From: Thermoproteota archaeon
GTDB lineage: Archaea; Korarchaeota; Korarchaeia; Korarchaeales; JAOZGB01
Assembly (NCBI GenBank): GCA_037917685.1
Contig: JAVCBU010000006.1
Location: 224,001-288,000, forward strand
Length of the DNA: 64,000 bases
Reading direction: 5' to 3'
In this document: positions 28,448-37,361 of the stretch, piece after piece
How positions within the stretch are numbered: the first letter of the stretch is position 1
Layout: each line of letters starts with the position of its first letter
Notes under the pieces: generated by a model
Databases searched by the model: none
The model's input: the letters and a program-made list of their open reading frames with translations, nothing else
Told to the model about the DNA's origin: nothing
Translations under genes and position numbers: made by a program

Positions 28448-29479
28448 TCATATCCGCACACTATATATAGCATCCGGGAGGGGAAATTCATACTTGACCT
28501 TCCTCCCTCTTCTATACACCCTTAGTGAACACCTCCCACTTTTTAAAACTCTCCCGATAACTGAATATTCTACACCGACTTTTTCAAATTCGTATTTTAG
28601 AGCTTGAAACTTATCAATTGGAATCGAAATAAGTAGGGCCCCTGATCCCAACAGCCTATATGGGTCGATTCCCACAGCCTTGCATATTATAACTGTCTCC
28701 TCTCTTAGAGGAATCTTTTCAAGCTCAACTTCTATCTCTACGTTTGAGGCTACACAAAGCTCGTAAAGACCCGTGATTACCCCTCCCTCTGTAGGATCAT
28801 GCATGGCTGAGGCGCCGTACTTATAGGCAGCAATAGCCTCCCTTACAACACTAATCTCATCCATAAGGCTCATAGCTCTCAAAAGCACCCACTCCTCTAC
28901 TATCTTACGAAGTTTATCAGAATATTCGTGGGCTATGACAGCAGTTCCCTCAAGACCAGCATACTTTGTCATAACTATAATATCACCCTCCTGGCATCCG
29001 GAGGAAAGTACAGGTTTACTTCCAAGCCCCAAACCTACCATTGCCCCAGCAATCATAGGTTGGCGGACTGACGGAGTAACTTCCGTGTGGCCGGCCACAA
29101 TAGAAACTTCAAGCTCCCTCGCAGCGAGATCCATATCATTCATGATCTTCTTAAGTTCTACCTGTCTACTTCCTTCCGGGAGCAGTATCGTAGGCATGAA
29201 ATACTTGGGTTTTGCCCCTACACATGCAATATCATTAGCATTGATGTGGACCGAAAGCCATCCAGCCTTTTTCACCGCCGCAGTGATGGGATCACAAGCT
29301 AAGGCTATAAAACCATCTTTCCATCTGATTACAGATGCATCTATGCCGATTCCAGGCTTTACGATTACATCCTCATTTTGAAAACCAAGTCGGCTGTAAA
29401 CGATTTTCTCAAGTACATCGTACGGGACTTTTCCTATGCTAAACGAGTTATTCAAGGATCTCTCACCAGAACGTACCAC
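28448..29479 (-). CDS. AIR synthase-related (HypE/PurM-like) protein; start may be TTG 29455
   Basis: GIDASV, DPIT, NANDIA, AGHTEVT, MHDPTEGG, IDPYRLLGSG. Confidence 0.9.
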   Translation of the reverse strand: MVRSGERSLNNSFSIGKVPYDVLEKIVYSRLGFQNEDVIVKPGIGIDASVIRWKDGFIALACDPITAAVKKAGWLSVHINANDIACVGAKPKYFMPTILLPEGSRQVELKKIMNDMDLAARELEVSIVAGHTEVTPSVRQPMIAGAMVGLGLGSKPVLSSGCQEGDIIVMTKYAGLEGTAVIAHEYSDKLRKIVEEWVLLRAMSLMDEISVVREAIAAYKYGASAMHDPTEGGVITGLYELCVASNVEIEVELEKIPLREETVIICKAVGIDPYRLLGSGALLISIPIDKFQALKYEFEKVGVEYSVIGRVLKSGRCSLRVYRRGRKVKYEFPLPDAIYSVRI

Positions 29480-29509
29480 TTTAATAATACCCTCAAACTT
29501 CTATTACCG

Positions 29510-30109
29510 TTGACTATAGAAATCGAAGTTAAACTTAAAATGTCCCATAGAGCCTTTCTCGAAAAACTAAGAGAAGCAGAAATAGAATTTAGAATCACCC
29601 ACACGACAGAGATGATGGATGAGTATTATGACACCGCCGATATGAAACTTTACAAAGACGATAAGGCCCTAAGGATAAGGAAAATAGACGATAAAGTTTT
29701 TCTAACTTTCAAAGGACGTAGATTTACACGCAAACCTAAGTATAGGGTTGAAAGGGAGGCCGAGTTATCAGATAAGAACGAGATAGCCAAAATATTAAAG
29801 GAAGTCGGCATAAAAGTACCCAGCCAAGAGCTAACGATAGGCCGACTAAGGAGAATACTCATTCAAAATGGGTTTACAAAGATCCTTAAAATATCCAAGA
29901 AAAGGTCAATAGTTCAAATTCCAAGATCCAGCAACCTTAAAATATACCTAGATAGTGTAAGACGTCTTGGAGAATACGTAGAAGTCGAAGGTAAATCCTC
30001 ACTTGAATTTATCTCAAGTCTTAACCTCACTGATAAGATAGAACATAGAACTTACCCTGAGATTATGATGGAAACTGTTAAAACGAAGGAAGCAGATATT
30101 AATAAATGA
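29510..30109 (+). CDS. cyaB: CYTH-domain protein (class IV adenylate cyclase/triphosphatase family)
   Basis: EIEVK, DEYYD, ALRIR, LTFKG, KKR, LDSV..LGEYVEVE; TTG 29510 lies about 25 nt after TTTAATAA. Confidence 0.88.
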   Translation: MTIEIEVKLKMSHRAFLEKLREAEIEFRITHTTEMMDEYYDTADMKLYKDDKALRIRKIDDKVFLTFKGRRFTRKPKYRVEREAELSDKNEIAKILKEVGIKVPSQELTIGRLRRILIQNGFTKILKISKKRSIVQIPRSSNLKIYLDSVRRLGEYVEVEGKSSLEFISSLNLTDKIEHRTYPEIMMETVKTKEADINK

Positions 30110-30110
30110 A

Positions 30111-31517
30111 ATGAAAAGAAGCACTACCCTGCTTATACTCCTAATCCTTCTTCCTTTTACAAGCGTTAAATGCGCATCTGGAAAGCCGACTTATCAGTAC
30201 ACCTATTTCGTCTCCAGAGAAGGCTACATAAATGTTTCAATAACTTTTACGGCGGAAAATGAAGGATATTCATGGCTTCTTGTGCCAAGATATGAGCCGT
30301 GGAATCTTATCATTTCACAGGGGGAAATCAGGAAGGTTGAAAATGAGCCTATCACTATATTCTACAACAACTACAGCTTCTACTACTCTGGCAACCCCGT
30401 AACATTCGAACTATCCTTTTCGTACAGGTTTGGTGCATTAATTGTAGAGCCCAACGGTGCATTCTTTTCTACGTGGATCGCTGTATCCCCAAGCTCTTCC
30501 GGAAGTGTCATTGTGATTATGCCAGAAGATTTCAAGGCTAAGGGAAGCGAACCTAGGTGGGAAAAGAAATGGGCTGAGGCTGGATATATATACTACAAGT
30601 ATGGACTGCCTCCAAACGGGAGAATCCTAATTTCTTTTGAAGTAGAAGGAAGAGGAGATTTTATAGAGATAAATGGCGATGGAATTACAATACATACCCC
30701 AAAGCGATATACCGACGTAGCAAGTAACCTCACGCAGATATATGATAGAGTTAGGTCACAAATAATAAAAACCACTGCTACAAGCATAGAACACATCCAC
30801 GTATATTTTTACGTGCCTAAAGACATGAATGAGATACTTGAACTCGGATACACCCCCTTTTCAAATGTAAACAATAAGCTAGGAAACGTCTATATAAACC
30901 TAATAACAGTAAGAATGATAAGTGGCGCCTCAGAACAGGCAATGCTTCATGAAATAATTCACCACTACCTGTGGAAGGCAGGTATAGACGTAAACCTGCT
31001 ATGGGTTCACGAAGGATTGGCAAACTATCTTAGTACTGAATTCCTAAAGAACAGGGGATACCCTGTTGAAAACCTGACATATGAAGACTTAGAGAAAGTC
31101 CCTCAAACTACAGGAGGGAAGTACGGCTTCCTCCAGGACTGGAGGCCGGGGGATCGCGTCCTAAACATTGGATTATACTATGCTGCGAGCCTATACATTA
31201 TAAAGACTATAGGAGACCAATATGGAGGCCTTCAGCTTTATTCGAAACTGTTTAAACTGATAGTAGACAGCAAGACAACTATATCCAGCACTGGACAATT
31301 TGTGGACTATCTTAGCAAAGCAGCAGGTAGAGATCTATCGCCAATGTTCGAAAGCTGGGGTTTCACAATGGAAAAGCCCGGGGTTCAAATAGAGAAGGAG
31401 AAGAACTACCTCCTATACGTTATAGCTGGCTTAATCATAATCCTCCTAATAGTCCTCGCTAAAGAAGTTCTTAAACCATCCTACTATGCAAGTGAAGAAT
31501 ACTACTATATAGTCTGA
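30111..31517 (+). CDS. Exported, membrane-anchored gluzincin-type metallopeptidase
   Basis: Signal peptide; HEIIH followed by HEGLANY; C-terminal TM helix. Confidence 0.8.
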   Translation: MKRSTTLLILLILLPFTSVKCASGKPTYQYTYFVSREGYINVSITFTAENEGYSWLLVPRYEPWNLIISQGEIRKVENEPITIFYNNYSFYYSGNPVTFELSFSYRFGALIVEPNGAFFSTWIAVSPSSSGSVIVIMPEDFKAKGSEPRWEKKWAEAGYIYYKYGLPPNGRILISFEVEGRGDFIEINGDGITIHTPKRYTDVASNLTQIYDRVRSQIIKTTATSIEHIHVYFYVPKDMNEILELGYTPFSNVNNKLGNVYINLITVRMISGASEQAMLHEIIHHYLWKAGIDVNLLWVHEGLANYLSTEFLKNRGYPVENLTYEDLEKVPQTTGGKYGFLQDWRPGDRVLNIGLYYAASLYIIKTIGDQYGGLQLYSKLFKLIVDSKTTISSTGQFVDYLSKAAGRDLSPMFESWGFTMEKPGVQIEKEKNYLLYVIAGLIIILLIVLAKEVLKPSYYASEEYYYIV

Positions 31518-32411
31518 CTAGAATACTATTCCAGACTCCTCCATTTTCAATAACATTTCAAACCTCCTAACAACCTCATCTTCCATGAGCTTAATTTCTT
31601 CATCAGTCAAACGTTTAAACCTTCCCTGTAATGAGATATACTCCTTAAGAGGCTTTCTTCTAGGCTTAACTGTCACTCTAACCTTTCCATTTTCAACTTC
31701 GTATAGGGGCCATACCCATGTATCTACTGCAAGCTTGGCTATCCTTACAGTGTGCGCTGAGTCGTGCCTCCACCCAACCGGGCATGGTGAGAATAGATGT
31801 ATATACCGGGGACCTCTGGCTTCTTTTGCCTTCCTCAGCTTTCCTATCATGTCCGCAAGGTAGCCCATTGAGGCAGTGGCCACATAGGGTATCCTGTGCG
31901 CTGCCATTATTAATGGTAAATCTTTTGGAAACTGCTTCTTTCCTACAATAGGAGTAGTAGTTGTCCATGCACCATAGGGGGTGCTTCCAGACCTCTGAAT
32001 TCCCGTATTCATGTAGGCCTGGTTATCATAGCAGATGTAAAGGATGTTTTCACCCCTTTCAGCTGCTCCCGACAAGGCTTGGATCCCTATATCAACGGTT
32101 CCCCCGTCTCCAGCCCAGCCGACGACAAGTACATCTTTGACACCTCTTATCTTCAGCGCTCTTGAAACGCCTGAGATGGCTGCACCTGTGGAAGCGAATG
32201 CGATATTCATGGTAGGAGCGTTAAAGGCCACCTTGGGGTATGGACCCTGGATTACAGAGGAGCAGCAGGCGGGAATTACAAGTATAGTCTTTTTCCCTAA
32301 GACTTTCAAAACTATTTTGAAGTTTATGGCGAGACCGCATCCGTGGCATGCAGCATGTCCTGGTAGGAGGAACCTCTCCCTTGTTAAACCTAGATTCTTA
32401 GCTACCGACAC
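31518..32411 (-). CDS. porB: 2-oxoacid (pyruvate-type):ferredoxin oxidoreductase beta subunit
   Basis: GHAACHGCG, AGDGGTVDIG, YDNQAYMNTG, SPCPVGW. Confidence 0.95.
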   Translation of the reverse strand: MSVAKNLGLTRERFLLPGHAACHGCGLAINFKIVLKVLGKKTILVIPACCSSVIQGPYPKVAFNAPTMNIAFASTGAAISGVSRALKIRGVKDVLVVGWAGDGGTVDIGIQALSGAAERGENILYICYDNQAYMNTGIQRSGSTPYGAWTTTTPIVGKKQFPKDLPLIMAAHRIPYVATASMGYLADMIGKLRKAKEARGPRYIHLFSPCPVGWRHDSAHTVRIAKLAVDTWVWPLYEVENGKVRVTVKPRRKPLKEYISLQGRFKRLTDEEIKLMEDEVVRRFEMLLKMEESGIVF

Positions 32412-32415
32412 AGCA

Positions 32416-33588
32416 TCACCTCACCCTTAATTTATACCACATGTAATTGTCCCTCGGCTTTCCAGCTTTGATTGAGTGCTTAACCATTTTAGCCAGATCT
32501 AAGTATGTAATATCCCGCCCCCCGAGTCCAGTGACATAGTTAAATATGGGAACATCGGTTTTCCCGTAGAGTAGTGCCTTAAGCTCTACCCCTAAGGCGC
32601 CACCTATTCCTCCCAGGGATATATGCCTTTCTACCACTATAACCGCCTTTCTACCAGGGACAATATCAAATAATTGTGTGGGGAAAGGCCTAAAAACTCT
32701 GACTCTCACAGCTCCAGCCCTAATACCTTCCCCTCGTAACCTGTCAACCGCCACTTTAGCCTCTTCTCCGAGGGTTCCCATGCTAATCAGTAGGTAGTCA
32801 GCATCCTCCACCTTGTAGAGTTCAAGAAGCCCACCATGATCTCTGCCGAACATCTCTCTGTATTCTTTTGAGTACTCCAATATCAGGTTTCTTGCGGCCT
32901 CCAGAGATCTCTGGATGTCATATCTCATCTCCATGTAATGCTCTGGCAGGGTCAAGCTGCCGTAGGTCAAGGGTTCATCTGGATCTAGGAGGAATCCTTT
33001 AGGCTCGTATGGCGGTAAGAATGAGTCTACATCCTCCTGGTCAGGTATTTCAACGGGCATATACGTGTGGCTAAGAATAAAACCATCAAGGCATACCATC
33101 GCGGGCAGCAAAACCCTTTCATTTTCAGCGACTTTATACATTAGAATAATCGTATCAAGAACCTCTTGATTATCTCTTGCGTAAAACTGTATAAAACCAC
33201 TATCACGTTGGGAATGGGAATCCGTATGTTCAACATGAATATTCCATGGCGGGGCTAACGCCCTGTTAACGACGGCCATACCTATCGGTAGACGAGCTCC
33301 TGCAGCCCAGAAAACCATTTCGGCCATGAGTAACAAGCCGTGGCTTGATGTTGCAGTGAAGGCTCTCACACCCCCCGCTGCGGCGCCAATACACGCGGCC
33401 ATAGCGCTATGTTCAGACTCAACCCTTATGAACTCGGCTTTTAGTTCTCCGCGCTCGACAAATTTCGATAAGTACTCTACAATGGTGGTCTGTGGAGTTA
33501 TAGGATATGCTGGGATGACCTGGACGCGCGCAAGCTTTGCCCCCACAGCGGCGGCTTTATTTCCAGTCATCATTTCCCATTTAGGCAA
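32416..33588 (-). CDS. porA: 2-oxoacid:ferredoxin oxidoreductase alpha subunit
   Basis: AYPITPQT, VESEHSAM, TATSSHGL, GLGGRD. Confidence 0.95.
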   Translation of the reverse strand: MPKWEMMTGNKAAAVGAKLARVQVIPAYPITPQTTIVEYLSKFVERGELKAEFIRVESEHSAMAACIGAAAGGVRAFTATSSHGLLLMAEMVFWAAGARLPIGMAVVNRALAPPWNIHVEHTDSHSQRDSGFIQFYARDNQEVLDTIILMYKVAENERVLLPAMVCLDGFILSHTYMPVEIPDQEDVDSFLPPYEPKGFLLDPDEPLTYGSLTLPEHYMEMRYDIQRSLEAARNLILEYSKEYREMFGRDHGGLLELYKVEDADYLLISMGTLGEEAKVAVDRLRGEGIRAGAVRVRVFRPFPTQLFDIVPGRKAVIVVERHISLGGIGGALGVELKALLYGKTDVPIFNYVTGLGGRDITYLDLAKMVKHSIKAGKPRDNYMWYKLRVR

Positions 33589-33856
33589 TTTCCTCCGCCT
33601 CCATACTTATGGCTTTGACTGGGCAGACGTCGGAGCATATGCCGCAACCCTTGCAGTAGTCATAGTTTATTTCAGGGGTGTCGCCTTCCTGAAGTTCTAT
33701 AGACTCATCTGGGCAATAAATCCAGCATAAACCGCATCTAGTGCATTTTTCATGGTCTATAACAGGTTTAAAAACCCTCCAAGCCCCGGTTTTACCTACA
33801 GCCCCTGCTGAGGGCTTAGAAACTGGCATAATGTGAAAGAGACTGGCCATTTCCAT
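33581..33856 (-). CDS. porD: 2-oxoacid:ferredoxin oxidoreductase delta subunit
   Basis: KTGAWRVFKP, CTRCGLCWIYCP, YCKGCGICSDVCP. Confidence 0.95.
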   Translation of the reverse strand: MEMASLFHIMPVSKPSAGAVGKTGAWRVFKPVIDHEKCTRCGLCWIYCPDESIELQEGDTPEINYDYCKGCGICSDVCPVKAISMEAEEIA

Positions 33857-33926
33857 TTCTTAAATCCTTGGGAAAATTAAAAATATTGATTAAGTAGGGG
33901 GTGGTTAAGTATCAGGTGTTCTATAA

Positions 33927-35291
33927 ATGGTTAAGATACTTCTGTTCATGGGGACCAGACCTGAAATTATCAAAATGGCTCCAGTAATCTACGGTTTGGC
34001 TGGGAAGCCGGAGGCTGAATTTATAATATGTGATACATCGCAACATTACGATGAGGAGTTAAGTAGGGTTTTCTATGAGGAGCTGAAGCTTCCTGAGCCT
34101 GAAGTTAAGCTTGAAGTTGGATCTGGAAGCCATGGGTATCAGGTTTCTACTGTAATAAAAAAGGCGGAGGAGGTAGTTGTAGAATATAATCCAGACGTAA
34201 CCATGGCTGAGGGGGACACTAATTCGGTTGTTGGGGCGGCCCTCTCGTCTGTTAAACTTAAAGTTCCCTTTGCACATGTCGAGTCTGGGTTGAGATCCTA
34301 CGATATGACGATGCCTGAGGAGATAAATAGGAAAATAGCAGACTCTATAAGCTCGGCACTGTTTGCCCCCACAGAAAGGGCCGCGTTAAACCTTCTGTAT
34401 GAGGGGGTTAACCCAAGTTATATCTGGGTTACAGGCAACACTATAGCCGATATACTTCATCTCTACGTAGATAGGGCGAAGATTGAGTCAACAATAATCC
34501 AAGACTTAGAACTAGAATCTGTGGATTTCTTGTTAATTTTAACGGTTCACAGGCCCGAGAATACGGATAATCCGGAAAGACTGAAATCTATATTTGAAGC
34601 TGTTAGGGAGCTTGAGGAGTGTACTGTACTTTTTCCTGTGCACCCAAGGACAAAAGCTAAACTAGAGGAATATGGCATGATGAAGAGGCTTAGAAGCCGG
34701 AAATTCAAAAACTTAGTTCTATTGAAGCCGCTTGGATATGTTGACTTTGTAAGACTCTTAGTTGAAGCAGACGCGATTCTTACAGACTCTGGTGGAGTCC
34801 AGGAGGAAGCAGCTATTCTGGGCAAACCCTGTATCACTCTAAGGGACAATACTGAGAGACCTGAAACCGTCGAGCTAGGGTTTAACATGATAGCTGGAAC
34901 CAGTAAAAATAGGATAGTAGATTTAACAAGAAAGGTTATTTATGATCCTTCCTACATAGACCGTCTAAGCAAGATTAAGCATCCGTTTGGCGACGGCCAC
35001 GCTGGGGAGAGGATAGCAAATATAATAGTTGAAAACTATGAAGACTTTAGGATTAAACCTCCCAAGTACCATCTCTCCGGTGCTCCGTCCTTCAGAGTAT
35101 ACAAAGTAAACGAAAAACTTTCTGGTAAAACCGTTGATAGTCTTAAGCCTCTGATTGTAACATTAGTATACCGTAATGGCCAGCCTGTAATCCCTATGCC
35201 AGACATGGTTTTAGAGGAAGGTATGCTTATTAGATGCCTTGCTGAAAAGCCAATTCTAGAGGACTTGGAGAACAGGTTCAATTTGGCGTAA
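33927..35291 (+). CDS. wecB: UDP-GlcNAc 2-epimerase (non-hydrolysing) with C-terminal TrkA-C-like domain
   Basis: GTRPEIIK, HVESGLRS, PEEINR, TDSGGVQEE, TERPE, FGDGHAG; ~67-aa C-terminal extension. Confidence 0.93.
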   Translation: MVKILLFMGTRPEIIKMAPVIYGLAGKPEAEFIICDTSQHYDEELSRVFYEELKLPEPEVKLEVGSGSHGYQVSTVIKKAEEVVVEYNPDVTMAEGDTNSVVGAALSSVKLKVPFAHVESGLRSYDMTMPEEINRKIADSISSALFAPTERAALNLLYEGVNPSYIWVTGNTIADILHLYVDRAKIESTIIQDLELESVDFLLILTVHRPENTDNPERLKSIFEAVRELEECTVLFPVHPRTKAKLEEYGMMKRLRSRKFKNLVLLKPLGYVDFVRLLVEADAILTDSGGVQEEAAILGKPCITLRDNTERPETVELGFNMIAGTSKNRIVDLTRKVIYDPSYIDRLSKIKHPFGDGHAGERIANIIVENYEDFRIKPPKYHLSGAPSFRVYKVNEKLSGKTVDSLKPLIVTLVYRNGQPVIPMPDMVLEEGMLIRCLAEKPILEDLENRFNLA

Positions 35292-35321
35292 CCATATAAT
35301 CCTAGCACAGACTATATATCT

Positions 35322-35570
35322 ATGGGGGAGGCTGGGTTGAGTGTTCTACTACTCGGTGTTATAATTCTTATAGTAGGTATCATACTGATTTTGCTATCTC
35401 TGATAGGGTTTGAGAGACACGTTAGCAAAGGAAAGACCTCGTTATTTGGATTTATACTTATAGGCCCTATTCCAATCGTTTTCGGGAAGAATGTTAGTAG
35501 AGAGACAGTAATCATCCTCGTCGCCATAGGGCTCTTGCTCACATTACTAGCTATAGGTGTTATAAGATGA
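35322..35570 (+). CDS. DUF131 family small membrane protein
   Basis: GFILIGPIPIVFG. Confidence 0.85.
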   Translation: MGEAGLSVLLLGVIILIVGIILILLSLIGFERHVSKGKTSLFGFILIGPIPIVFGKNVSRETVIILVAIGLLLTLLAIGVIR

Positions 35571-35821
35571 GAAAAGCCTTCAACATGCCTATCTTATTTG
35601 CCGGCATAGCGCTCGTAATGCTTGGAATAGCCCTCATAATAGCACATACACAAGGAGAGTGGGGCTTCATCATAATAATAGGTCCTATCCCCTTCTTCGT
35701 AGGGTCAAACATAAAAGCCCTACTTGCAGCGTTAATACTTCTAATAGCTGTTTTGCCGATAATATTGTACTTTATCTGGTCCTACGGACTAATCAAAAGC
35801 CGCGAGGAAGTGGTGGTATAG
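35567..35821 (+). CDS. DUF131 family small membrane protein (second copy)
   Basis: GFIIIIGPIPFFVG. Confidence 0.8.
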   Translation: MRKAFNMPILFAGIALVMLGIALIIAHTQGEWGFIIIIGPIPFFVGSNIKALLAALILLIAVLPIILYFIWSYGLIKSREEVVV

Positions 35822-35822
35822 C

Positions 35823-36449
35823 TTGGATATCTATGTATCTCTTGATTTTACGGATTTGAAAAGGGCCTTGGAGGTCGCCTCTAAGGTTGTCCAGGCAGGG
35901 ATAAAACATTTGGAAGTAGGCACCCCATTGATAAAATCTCAGGGGATATCTGCTATCCGGACAATAAAGGACAGGTTTCCAGAGATAACTGTCTTTGCCG
36001 ACATGAAAACAGTAGACACCGGCAGGCTTGAAGCGACATTGGCATTCAATGCTGGAGCTGACATCGTCAGCGTTCTCGGGGTTGCCCCAGACAATACAAT
36101 CCTAGGAGCTCTAGAGGCGGCAAGAGACCAAGATAAAGCTGTCCTTGTAGATATGATAGGTTCAAGGGAGCCCTTAAAGCGGGCTATAGAGGTTAAAAAA
36201 CTAGGTGCTAGAATGATATGCTTCCATACAGGAATCGACGAAGGTACAATCGCAGAAAACGTGGAGTTTCTTAAAAATGTGAAGAGCAAGCTTGCAAATA
36301 TACGCATAGGGGCAGCTGGGGGTATAACGGTCGATACAATTCTTCATATTAAGCCGTATGTTGACTTCGTACATATAGGTAGGGCTATCGCAAAGGCGGA
36401 AGACCCATACAGCTCAGCTATCAGATTTATTAAGACTGTGGAGGGCTGA
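35823..36449 (+). CDS. hps: 3-hexulose-6-phosphate synthase (HUMPS/OMPDC family)
   Basis: EVGTPLIK, ADMKTVDTG, HTGID, AGGI, GRAI. Confidence 0.88.
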   Translation: MDIYVSLDFTDLKRALEVASKVVQAGIKHLEVGTPLIKSQGISAIRTIKDRFPEITVFADMKTVDTGRLEATLAFNAGADIVSVLGVAPDNTILGALEAARDQDKAVLVDMIGSREPLKRAIEVKKLGARMICFHTGIDEGTIAENVEFLKNVKSKLANIRIGAAGGITVDTILHIKPYVDFVHIGRAIAKAEDPYSSAIRFIKTVEG

Positions 36450-36451
36450 TT

Positions 36452-37333
36452 ATGAAGCTAATAAAGAAAACCTACAAGTTTTACTCCAGTAATAAAAAGT
36501 ATAGACTTACATTTTACAGGTTTGAGGGCGAAAGGAAGCCTTCATATCTATTTGTAGCCGGCATCCATGGAAATGAATCTAACGCGATCTATACCGCTTT
36601 CCTGCTAATAACCAAACTCATTAAACTCAATAAAATACACAGTACTGTTACAATACTCCCAAGAGCTAATCCCCCCGCTATCAAGGGGAAGTTGAGGTTA
36701 AGCCCGGAAGACGGGAAAGACATGGCAAGATCGTTTCCAGGCAACCCTAACGGTACCCTAACAGAAAAGGTAGCTCACGTAGTATTTCAAGAAGCTGTAA
36801 AACATGACTACGTAATAGATATCCATAATATGTCACTACCCTCTATCTCGTTCTGCTCTACGTATTTCTCAAATATGAATTTAAGCCTAGCGATGAAAAC
36901 CGGGGTAAACTATATTGTAGAGTCTAAAAGAATTCCCGGAACTTTAAGTACCACAGCGTCTACAGAGGGAATCCCAGCAGTTGAAATAGAAGTTGGGGGA
37001 ACCGGAAAAGACATTAAGGAGTCGGACGCCAAAAAGGTTTCAAATAAGCTCCTAAGAATGCTACTGGATGAAGGCACACCCGACAGCCCGAAGTTCCTGG
37101 GGATAAGAGAGACAGTAAAATCTCCTGTAACGGGCTTTTTCTACCCTATGGTTAAGCCAGGCGCTAACCTGACCGTGGCGAGTAAAATAGGTGTCATAAA
37201 AAACGTTTTTAGACGAGAAGTAGAGGTTCTCTCAGGCTTTTCAGGGGTATGCATTACTATCTCACACGCAAATTTTGTAACTAGAGGTCAAAGAATAGCA
37301 TCCATCTCACGATATCTTAAAATGAAACTATAA
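36452..37333 (+). CDS. Succinylglutamate desuccinylase/aspartoacylase (M14-like) protein
   Basis: AGIHGNE, ANP, DMARSFPG, IDIH, EVGG; barrel-sandwich C-domain. Confidence 0.88.
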   Translation: MKLIKKTYKFYSSNKKYRLTFYRFEGERKPSYLFVAGIHGNESNAIYTAFLLITKLIKLNKIHSTVTILPRANPPAIKGKLRLSPEDGKDMARSFPGNPNGTLTEKVAHVVFQEAVKHDYVIDIHNMSLPSISFCSTYFSNMNLSLAMKTGVNYIVESKRIPGTLSTTASTEGIPAVEIEVGGTGKDIKESDAKKVSNKLLRMLLDEGTPDSPKFLGIRETVKSPVTGFFYPMVKPGANLTVASKIGVIKNVFRREVEVLSGFSGVCITISHANFVTRGQRIASISRYLKMKL

Positions 37334-37361
37334 CCCCTTATAGAGATGGTGGTTCTCGCCG

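Noticed and set aside
29378-29509. N-terminal extension of the CYTH ORF overlapping the divergent gene
   Set aside because: The family motif EIEVK starts right after TTG 29510, which has a TATA box at the expected distance
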